In this document: positions 53,201 to 64,000 of the stretch, piece after piece
Layout of the letters: each line of letters opens with the position of its first letter
Position numbering within the stretch: the stretch's first letter is position 1
Source: Paraspadella gotoi
Taxonomy: Eukaryota > Animalia > Chaetognatha
Direction of reading: 5' to 3'
Length of the DNA: 64,000 nt
Assembly (NCBI GenBank): GCA_051294375.1
Contig: CM119263.1
Span: 18,252,628-18,316,627 of the forward strand
The notes under the pieces: model-generated
Database searches by the model: none
What the model saw: only the letters and a program-made list of their open reading frames with translations
What the model was told of the DNA's origin: nothing
Made by a program: the position numbers and the translations under genes

Positions 53201-56200
53201 TAAAGATACTGAACGACAAATAACTCAGATAGAAAAAGAGGCTCCTGAGCCTACTCCAACGGGAAGATTTACAATGACAAAAAAAGATTTTCCATTAACA
53301 ACTACAATTGAGATAGTTCAAGAAGTTACTGAATTTAAAGACCAGAAAATAACATTTCCTCAAGAAATTGCAGTGACAGACACCAAAGGTACAGCTATAG
53401 CAAGTAAACCCACAAGGGAGACTGAAAAAGCAGTGAAAGAAAAAAAAGGAGCAGCTACTGATACTACTCCGATAGAAAAAATAACTGCAACCAAAGAAGT
53501 TTTTCCTGAAAAAAGACAAAAAACTACAGCTCAGGTTCAAGCTGCATTGGTGACTAAAAGTGCTGTAAAGGAAAGTATGCCAACTTCAGAAGCTCAAATA
53601 GAAGTAACCAAGAAAGAAAAAATATTGATAGAAGAAGTGACAGAGAAAGACGAACAACCAACTGAGACTACAATATCAACCAGCAAGACAGGTGGAACAA
53701 CAGAAGGTCTGCCTGTAGAAATTAAAGCAACTGTTGAAAGTAAAAGTGAAGGAATGGCTAAAGAAAAACAGGATACTGAGCCAACTCCAACAGATAGAAT
53801 ATTTACTTTAAAGAGAGTCTATACTGACAAAGAACTTACAACAGCCACTGTGAAGGAGCAAGAAGTGACTGCAACAGAAATTGCTGCTGAGGAAAAGAAA
53901 CCTACTGAAAAATTTGAAAAAAAAGCTACAGTAAAAGAGCAGACAACAAAAAGGCCAACAGTAATTGAAAAAGTGAACGCAACAATTAAAGTTTTTACTG
54001 ATGAAAAACAGATAACAACTGAATTGCAAGAAGTGCTGGCGACGGCAAGTACTATGGAAGAAAGTGAATCAACAAGAGTAACTAAAGAAGAAAGAACTAC
54101 TAGAGAGCCAACTGTCACTGGGATATTTATTACACCAGAGAAAGTTTTTCCTGACAGAAAGTCTACTGCACAGGTTGTTGTTGAGGAAGGAAAATCAACT
54201 ATGGTAACTGAAAGAGATGTGACAAAAAAAGATCAAGCTGTAACAAGGCAAACTCCTATAACACGAGTTAGTTTTACCAAAGAGGTTTTTCCTGATGAAA
54301 AACTGTCGGGAACCAAAAGTTCTGTAAAGGAAAGTGAACCTACTGAAGAGGCTGAAAGAGAAAAAACAGAGAAAGAAAAAAAAACAACTGAACAAAGTTC
54401 ACCAGGAATGTTTACTATACCAGACAAATTTTATTCTGATACAGAGCTTACAACTACTAGAATGCAGCAAAAAGTAACTATGACCAAAGGCCATTCTGAA
54501 GACGAAAAACCTCCCATTGAGACAACAAAAAAAGTGACGGAAGATAAACCAGAGGAAACTGAATCGACTCCATTTAGAAGATTTTCAACATCAGCTCCAA
54601 TGCAGGAAGAGTTGGTGACTGATATAGTTTTTGAAGATAGAGAATCAACAAAAGGAACGATAAAGGAAGTAACATCAAAAGAGCCATCTGAAATTAAACG
54701 ATTTATGACAACAAAGATTGTTTCTTCTGATACTATGATAACAACAGAAAGTTTAGCTAAGGAAGTTGAACCCACTATAGAAGCTAAAAAAGAGATAACA
54801 AAAAAAGAAGAAATAACTACAGAGCAAACGCCAACAGGTAAATTTAGTATGCCTACAAAAATGTTTTCTACAAAAGAACTTAAGATAACAACTGCCTCAG
54901 AGGGTGCTGTCGAAAGAAGCAAGTCAACCAGTCAAATTGATAGAGAAGTGACAGAGACAAAGCAAGCAACAACAGAGCCAACTCTATTCAGAAGTGTTTC
55001 GGTTACCCAAGAAATTTTTCCTGACAAAAAATATACACCAACCTCTGGTAAGATGCCAGAACTAACTGTGACAGTTTACCCAGATCTGGGTAGCAAGCAA
55101 ACAAGGGTGAGTGAGAAACAATTTACTGGAACAGAAGCTGAGGCCACTAAGCCAAGTTTAATAGATAGAGTAACATCAACAGGCAAAGTTTTTTCTGAAG
55201 AAACCAAGCCAACTAAAATGCCTGAAAAAAAACTAACAGAGAAAGAAAAACAGCAAACTGAGCCTACACAAACAGAGTCATTTATTGTAACAGATAGAGT
55301 TTATCCTGATAAAAAGCTGTCAACAACTTCTTCTATAGTACCAGTAACAAAGGATATGGCTGAAGACGTCAAAACAACTAGAGAGAGAGCGAGAGAAACA
55401 ACAGAGGAAATCTTGACTGGGCCAACAGTAACAGAAAGAGTGTCCATATCTAGAGACATTGTCTCTGACAAAAAATTAAAAACAACGGCACAGTTCCAAG
55501 AAGTGTTGACCACTGCATTTCCTTTTGAGAAAGTTGAATCCACGAAGGATGAGGAATTAGAAATGACTAAGGAATTTGTTTATAAAAAACTAACAACGCC
55601 TTCTGATTTACACATCTCACATAGAGAAAGTACTGTAAGTAAACTGACTAGAGAGTCTGAAAGAAAGACTACAGAAAAAGATAAAGAGGCAACATTTTAT
55701 CCTACTAAAGAACTTACAAGAACTACATTAAAAAAAGGTTACACAATAGAAGGCAAACCAACTATGGAGAGTGAAACAGAAATAACACAGAAAAAGGAAG
55801 CAGTTACAAAGCCAACTCCTAAAGAAAGAGTTAATGGAACACAGGTGATTATCCTTGAAAAATACTCAACTGAGTCTTCTCCAATTATTAGTCGTGCTAC
55901 AACTAAGGAAGTATTTGAGGGTAAAGTACAGACAACCATGCAAGAGAAGTTGGTGACTGAAAAAGAAGAGTCAATTAAATCAACTCAAGTTCAGGAAGTG
56001 ACAACAACAGGAGCTGCAACTCTGGAGGGTACTAAATCAACTGGAGCAACTGAAAGAGAAATAACAGAAGAAAAACAACAAGTAACAACCAAGACAATTC
56101 CAATAGAAAGATTTACTGCAACTCAGAAAGCACAAACCGAAACAGTTTCTGTTCAAAAAATGTTGACAACAGAAAGTTATGTTAAGGTAGATAAATCCAC

Positions 56201-57128
56201 TAAGGATGCTGAAACAGTAGTAACAGAAAAAGAAAAAGAGCAAGCTGGACCAAGTCCAACTGTTGGATTTACTCACACAAAGAAAATGTATCCAACAACC
56301 ATAAGACAGGAGCAAAAAGTAACTCTATTAGAAGGCCAAACCAGGGAAATGGAAACGCCAGACAGAGAACAAGCGACAACAATGTCAACTCCAATAAAAC
56401 GAGTATCAGCAACCATGGAAGTTTTTACCGACAAAATAGTATCAACTGCAAAGGTTCAAGAAGTAGTTGCAACTGAAAGTGCTATCGAGGAAGGAAAACC
56501 AACTGAGTTATATTCCACAGTGAAAGACAAAGAACAAACTTTAGCTGAAATGTATCCAACAACTAGCATAATTCCTTTTAAGGAAAATCTTTCAACAATA
56601 TTTACACAGGTGGAAAAAGTTACAGCAACAGAAAGTACAGCTGAGAAAAGGAAAGCTTCTTGGGAGACGGAAAAAAAAGTAACAAAAAAAGAGCAAATCA
56701 CAACCCAGCCAGTTTTTTCTGATAAAGTTTTAACAACATCTGCTACAAAGGTACAAAAAATTACAGTTACAAAAGGCCTGGATCAAGAACCAACAAAAGA
56801 GACAGAAAGAGAGTTGGAGCCCAAAGTGGAAAAGCAAGTTGAAACAAAGACAAAAGCTGCTGCAACGACTGAAGAAGCAGAAGAAGTGATCTCAACAGAA
56901 ATAGCTTGGGTCACGACGGGGCGAGCCGCTACTGAAATAGTTGGGGCCACTGATGAAGTCGGGACCACAGACGCCGTTGACGCCGAGGACATCGAAGCAT
57001 CTGGCGACGCCGACGATGACCTTCCTTCAATTCGCTTTAAACGTGCTCTAAAGAAACGATTACGTCCCAAATTCTCAAAGCCCCCATCGCATCACATCCC
57101 ACCTCCCTACCGCTACACTCTTCAAAAC
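41202..57128 (+). CDS. Giant first coding exon of a secreted Ig-domain/mucin-like protein: signal peptide, Ig strands A'-C', ~5,200 aa T/E/K-rich repeats, furin site, Ig D/E strands
   Basis: ORFs 41202-42920 and 44454-57146 share the same repeat family. Signal peptide MRPYPILLSLLTLPLLCGS. Ends YRYTLQN|gtatgc. Interrupted by a 291-N gap and indel-rich repeat copies at 43212-44640. Confidence 0.85.
41997..42920 (+). repeat. Near-identical coding tandem repeats (periods 354 and 417 nt)
   Basis: gaaagagtaacaactaaagacactaaaaaggaagac starts at 41997, 42351 and 42768 and runs into the gap. Confidence 0.95.
42921..43211. other. Assembly gap (291 N) inside the repeat array
   Basis: Run of N. Confidence 1.
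43317..44690 (+). repeat. Four near-identical ~342-nt (114-codon) coding repeats with scattered indels
   Basis: gttgaggaaattgcgccaactaaggaaacagag starts at ~43317, ~43661, ~44011 and ~44353. Confidence 0.92.
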
Positions 57129-57563
57129 GTATGCTTAGCTAATTAGTTTTTAGTTGCGCCCCGATTACTTGTGGAGAAACTCTATAAGCCACTTTTTGGT
57201 CGGACAGTCTGTTGTTCTATCCTACTTAAATATTTGTAACCCGGTTAATATCATATTATTTTTTATAATACTTAAAAGTAAGGTTATATACCATGAGATA
57301 CTTAATGTACACGCTTTGCATACTTGTACATTCACATGATAACATAAAAATCCAATCACATGAAAAGAAAGTCAACCTGTTGTATCTAATTTAATATAGT
57401 AAATATTTTGAAGACTGGTGAGGTACCTTAAACTGCTGCTTTTGGATAAATATAAATATATAAATATAAATATAAGTTAATGCAGCGCAACAGTTTGAAC
57501 TTCACTGGTCTTGCTTTCACATTTTTTAGTTTATAAATTTTTTTGTGGTTTTTTGTTTTGTTT

Positions 57564-57620
<57 letters not shown>

Positions 57621-57636
57621 TTAAAATTGCCCTCAG

Positions 57637-57780
57637 GTGCACTTTCGCAACGCTGGATCCTTTTTTTGCAACGATCCTAAACACACCGACGATCACGATA
57701 GCGCTCAGCTCACGATTATCGGTCGGAAACCGATTTGCGAAAGGCTCAAACATAATTCGGCTCTTTGTCGACTCAGAAAG
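57637..57780 (+). CDS. Exon 2 of the giant protein: Ig F/G strands and start of a second Ig-like domain
   Basis: cctcag| ... AAG|gtaaga, phase 0, 48 codons: VHFRNAGSFFCNDPKHTDDHDSAQLTIIGRKPICERLKHNSALCRLRK. Confidence 0.85.
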
Positions 57781-58149
57781 GTAAGAAATGTTTTCATTTT
57801 ATCATAGAGAGAAAAAAATCAGAACAGAAACAGGAACTTTATTTGCGCCTTAGCAGAGAGAAACAGTATGTTATCTTAGTTAGCGTTGTCAGAAATCCTA
57901 CTTTGTTTCTACGCATTCCACAACACACTTTTTTCACATTCTCCTTTTTTTGCTTTTAACGATTTTTCGCCTTTCCCTTTCTATCTTTGTTGACTCCATT
58001 TCTAATTTCATATATGACATTACGGTGCATTTATTTGAATATTATTCTGATTATTTAACTATTTATAATGGTATGAAGAATTGTATATTAAGAAAGAATA
58101 TATAGTATACGCCGTATGTATAAAGAAAGAATATATTTTCACTTTTCAG

Positions 58150-58338
58150 TTTGGCCCCGCCCATGTCGAGATGACTGTGACGCGGAACGGGAAGCCGTTC
58201 AACGCGGGGACGGCTTTCAACCCGATGACCGGGATGCTCGCCGTCCATTTCCACGGAAGGGGTCGCTTCGAAGTCTTCGTCGACGGAGTCGAAGGGATAA
58301 CGAAAGCCGTTCTCTTCTTGGGCAGGGGAAATTTTTAA
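58150..58338 (+). CDS. Terminal exon of the giant protein (beta-rich C-terminal domain)
   Basis: ttttcag| phase 0: FGPAHVEMTVTRNGKPFNAGTAFNPMTGMLAVHFHGRGRFEVFVDGVEGITKAVLFLGRGNF*. GC-rich coding-like island; no TM segment. Confidence 0.82.
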   Translation, partial: FGPAHVEMTVTRNGKPFNAGTAFNPMTGMLAVHFHGRGRFEVFVDGVEGITKAVLFLGRGNF

Positions 58339-59299
58339 GAGAGACGGAGTGGAGATGGAAATGATAGAGTTTGAAGCTGACAGCGATGGAGATAAGGTCG
58401 AAAATATTAATTTTTAAGGGTAAGGGAAGAGAGACTTCGGGCGAGATATAATTAAGGAGAAGAGTAAAATCGCTAGAAGGTTGCACAAAAGGACTTTTTA
58501 CGCGCTAAACGACTATTAGGCTCAAAGCGACTTTATATCCAAGAAGAGAGAAACATTTTTTTTGTCAAAGCCTAAATATGTTCGAGCAGCATGGTTTGGA
58601 GGAAGAGGTAGTTTCGGCTTACGAGAATATGAAGACGATGCCATCATCATTCTTAACGGAAGTCGGATTACGAAGAGACGTTAAACTTATTCTTTGTACA
58701 GTATTATATTAATACGAATAACTAATATGTTGTTCGAATTACGCTTACCAACGCATTGACCCCAGTGAATTCATTCGTATTCTGTCTTCACTAATCTAAT
58801 ACTAATAAGTGTACAAACAGTTTTTTTTTCCTAGGAATAAAAATTGTACAAAATTGTACAGATTTATTGTAAGAAATAGATTTGATTTGTAAATAAATCG
58901 ATAAAAAGTCTACTGTGGTTGAAACCAATTTTTCTTTACGAAGTAGTAGTTGGTTTGAGTGTTAAGTTTTATTAGAGGGCGAATCAGATTCGACCCAAGA
59001 AAAGGGATTCTTCTTTCTTATTTCTTTTTTTTAACGACTTCCCCAGTTTTACGAAAAAGGTGAACTCCGCCCGAAAACAAAATATATCCCAGGAAATAAA
59101 AAGTTTTTTTTCTCTCTCTCTTTCTCTATTCTTTGCGGAGAAGGAAAGAAAAAAAGTCTTTCTCTCACGTGACTGGGTAAACACGGAATAAAAAGGCCCT
59201 GAACATGCATTGTGGATGAGGGTTCCGCCCGTCAACGACCCCTGCGCTAAATACGTAATATGATCCATGAAGTCGGCGGTGGTGAAGAGGGGAGGAGAA

Positions 59300-60093
<794 letters not shown>

Positions 60094-61166
60094 TTTCCTT
60101 TCTTTTTTGCCTTCTTTCTTTCAGATTCTCTCCTCTTTTTGGCTTTGCTGATTCTGGGCCAAGGAAACCAATATTAGTGGCAACAAGATCTACAGTTCAA
60201 GGTATATCGGATTTAGCCACGTGCCAAAGGTCGATGGCAATTTAGAAAAGGGGTGGCGCGAGGTTCCTCAGTTGGATGGCAATTTAGTGACAAAGGTGGC
60301 GTGAGGACCAGAGGGGCGGGGTCTTTGACATCGCAGACGATTTTAGTCTCTGCTCGCGGAGATTTAGTAGGAAATTATTTGGTCGGTCTGTAATTCTGTT
60401 ATAGCACAATAAATACTAATATACTGATATATTTAATATATTTTTTATCTGAAATAGTTGAGAAGTAATAAACATTCACTTTAATATTTTTAAAATAAGA
60501 TTACACAAATTTTAATAATTAACGATACCGTAATATGCAAATATAATTTAGTTATGATCGTGATATATAAATAAATTTTTATTAAGACTGTTTCAGCAGA
60601 GAGTTTTAGTTCTCATTTCCAGAGAATGGAGTTATCAATTGATAAGCAAATAATATAATTTAGGAAGCAGTTTTATTAGAAAGCTCAAGATCTCGCCGAC
60701 GACGGCGACGATAATGACGACGGTGACGAACTGTGACGAACTGCGAAGATGACGCCAGCGAAAGGATTTAATTACCCTAAATTTAACTCCGTGATGGGAA
60801 CCAACGAAGGGGCGGTGAAAATATCCTGGAGAAAATTTTTACAATTATTAAAATGCATTCGTGAATTCCCATATATTCGTAAAAATTGGTAATTTTTCAG
60901 ATAAAAATAATAACTTATTTTTCGCCAACTGGAATAATATTTTCTAACCAACGTACCTCCACATCTTTCAAACGGGTTCAAATCGATGAAGAACCAATGA
61001 TGACTGTGGTCCTTTTCGCCAGCATCTACTTTTACATCGGGCGGAGGAAGGAATTCTATCTACATCAGGAAATATCGCCCTTGATCGGAAGAAGACTTGA
61101 CGATTCAAAAAGACTCGAAGCTAAAGGAAGGAAGGAAGGAAGGAAGAAAAATCATGATTTTTCTCT

Positions 61167-61191
61167 NNNNNNNNNNNNNNNNNNNNNNNNN
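61167..61191. other. Assembly gap (25 N)
   Basis: Run of N. Confidence 1.
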
Positions 61192-63364
61192 AGTTACTAG
61201 GTATAGATAGCCTACTGCGAATTGTAAAATTTGTCAAATCTTAATATAATATATGTTTCATAAGTATAATGGTTTTGTTCGTTTCCTCACTTTTAGAATT
61301 TAATAATTAACTTAGAAATTTTACTACGCCGTTAATGGGCATCAGAGAAAATACAATTGAAATATGACAGATAATATTTTGTATTTGAGTTTGACGCAAT
61401 ATTTCTTAATGACCTTACAAATAAGGATAAAAATATAAAAAATATAGTTAATAATACAAACAAAGCGTCTTTTAAAATACTGTTTGATGTCAGACGCAGA
61501 ACTGTCCCTCGCCCTAGTTAAACGATGCCTACATAAAATATACATCAGGATATTTACCCGAGTTCAGCTTTTTTAATCCTCAGTCGTGTATCTTCTCTCG
61601 AAAAAGGTGGCAACATTGACGCCGATACTAATTCGACGCCGTTCGGACGTCAGCCCTCTTTTTCTGCCCGCTACCACGCTCCACATGCGGCCTACAACGC
61701 ATACAAGTTTAGGAGTTATATTAATTTAATTTTTATTTATTAAAAAATAATGAGCCTAATGCCTTAATACTGGACTTTTTTTAAAACACGTGTTAGTTAT
61801 TTCGAAGATTAGTATTCTTTTCATCTCAGTTATTACGATTTCGTTTAAAAAATCAAACATTGATTTAATTTCATATTGCTATGTATAAACTTAAACATCC
61901 TCATCGCCAGAATTATATTGTTATAAATAAATGATACAGATATTCCATATTCTATGAACATCCTTGTTATACATGACTAAAATGAGCTAACAAATCTGTT
62001 AGAATGTGAAAATTGGATGTGTTTAGGAAAAATGGTCATAAAATATTGCTTTGATTCTAAATAATTTTGCAATGACAAATTATGTTCATTTTCTTTCTAT
62101 TTCGTTGTTTTTTGTACAATTATAGAGAAAGACACAAGCTTTATTTCTTTGTGTACAACAATTTTTAATTTACCGCTGATGAAGGCTTACATAAGCGAAA
62201 CATTGTCCTATGTAAAATAAAAAATACGTATGTACCCAAACAAAATAAACTTTGTCTTTCGCTAAACAAAATTGTAGGTTTTTCATTATTGTTATTATAA
62301 AGATGTACTCATGTTTTAACATTCTTATTTTAAATGATTTTACTAATAATTTCTGAGAATTTGTTCATTTTTTGATTAAAAAATAAATAGAATTGCAGAA
62401 GCGATCTAAGCGAAGGAGATAGGGTAATGGGTAAGGCGCTTATGCGTAAGTCACATAGCAATTATATTTTTTGGTAAAATCGATTATAAGGCTTGTATAA
62501 AGTTAATTAACCTTATTAACAGCTTTTATAAGCTTATACATAGGATAGTTGATGCTTATGTGCGGCTCATGTACTTATGTCCGATTTTGCGTTAATTTTT
62601 AGCAATTTTATGAAAGAAGTACTTACTTTTAAAATTAACTTCAACTATTTATCATAAACAGAGTTTTCTTTACACACTTTTTATTGATGAAAACCGGCGT
62701 TTAGATTCTTTGTTTGGCTATATTCACTTAAAAAAGTGAACTTACCAGCTTTATGTGATATCAAATTTTGCGTTATTTTTGACATTTTTTGCATCAAATT
62801 GCTTTATAAAATCGATAGACGGAAAGAATTGACGCGATGAATTTTCTTTTTTTGAATTATGGGCATATATTTATCAAATACCAAAAATTCAAGGGCGACA
62901 AGAGTCATATATCATATCTTTAATTTATTGCTTCCGACGCTTAGTGGATACGGTATAATTGTAATTCAATTAATCATTAAAAATTTATCCAATCATTTAA
63001 TTAAAACTATCTTGCCCACGACATTGGACAAGCTATGTTGGGTTTAGACCTCCGTCCTCTTACAAGATAATTATATTAATTATATAGCAAGGCTTTCAAT
63101 CAAGACTCTCTCACAGTCTAGTTTATTTATTCCCAGAGGTACGTGTGGCGCTTCGGCTAATCAATGAAATGGTATAATGTTTCAAAGAATGTTTCAATTG
63201 TTTAAAATATCATTACATTAAATTCGTGTTCGTCCTCGGCATCATCAGCCACTAACTTGACGTCGACATCGACGGTGTGCGAACTGCACAGTGCACAGTG
63301 CACAGTGTAGTGCACACGCCTTCGTCACTGTTGTCATTCTGTTCGACGTCGCGGTCGTCCTCAA

Positions 63365-63374
63365 CGTCGTCGTC

Positions 63375-63426
<52 letters not shown>
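63365..63426. repeat. (GTC)n microsatellite
   Basis: About 20 GTC units. Confidence 0.95.
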
Positions 63427-63427
<1 letters not shown>

Positions 63428-64000
63428 AGATTTTGACCCCGAAAACGTTGGAGCGGAATGCGGAAGATTTGGAGTCTCTGGGGGCGGAAGAAGAGGAGAA
63501 GCCGGAAGAGGAAAGGGAGGAGAAAAAAAAGAGGAAAGAAAAGAGATGAACTACGAAGCTGACAACTCGGTTGGAGGAAAGGAAAAGAAGGTTGAAAAAA
63601 GGAAGAGAGAGAGAGGAAAGAACCTGTCGAACCTGTGAAACCTGACGAAGTGGAAAGAAAGAATCAGAAAGACAAGAAAGAAAAGTAAAGACGAGGCGAA
63701 AGAGATGAAAGAAAGAAAAAAGAAAAAAAGGAAAAAAAAAGAAAGAAAGAATAAGCACAGACAAGAAAGATAAAAGAACCGATCAACCACCAACCAACCA
63801 ACCAACCAACCAACCATCCAATGGATAAAAGAAAATACCAACTCTCAAGTGGAACCTGCCCAACCTGCCAAACCCGAAATGTTCTTTCCTTTCGTCTCGC
63901 TTCCGCTTTTTTCCTCCAGGATCGAATTTTCGCTAATAACGAAATCGGAAAGACCGAAATTCTTTTGGGCAAGCGAGTTCCCTATATATCGCGATAGGTT

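Noticed and set aside
44651-57070. Many antisense ORFs rich in V/S/F
   Set aside because: They are shadows of the biased plus-strand repeat ORF.
57129-57146. ORF end VCLAN* as the true C-terminus of the giant protein
   Set aside because: A phase-0 donor (AAC|gtatgc) joins exon 57637 and completes the NV..NAG.F.C Ig motif; read-through looks intronic.
63283-63316. (GCACAGT)n run containing GTGCAC palindromes
   Set aside because: Short simple repeat; nothing supports a regulatory role.

Overview
AT-rich animal genomic DNA, probably an invertebrate and possibly spiralian (inference). It has mostly short GT-AG introns, abundant (GA)n microsatellites, four N gaps and visibly error-rich, long-read-like patches. 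Spliced genes reconstructed by hand with intron-phase checks: (1) the 3' half of a transmembrane adenylyl cyclase, closest from memory to ADCY8 (+, ~4.0-18.7/19.5 kb), partly present twice around a 25-N gap, probably an assembly artefact; (2) an orphan, low-complexity five-exon gene (+, 20.9-22.1 kb); (3) a GPI-anchored Ly6/uPAR three-finger protein (+, 24.1-25.3 kb) with a MITE-like inverted repeat in intron 2; (4) a divergent SLC22-like MFS transporter (-, 27.9-30.2 kb); (5) MCFD2 (-, 36.3-37.2 kb); (6) a giant secreted protein of ~5,400 aa (+, 41.2-58.3 kb). Gene 6 is the standout. A single immunoglobulin V-like domain appears to be split by a ~5,200-residue Cys-free Thr/Glu/Lys-rich repeat array: the B-strand Cys is at residue 36 and the D/E/F/G strands come only after the array. 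An acidic Ser-Gly site and a furin RFKR site sit at the array's exit, and the array lies within one ~16-kb exon with a distinct base composition. No database searches were possible; all homology calls rest on recognised motifs.
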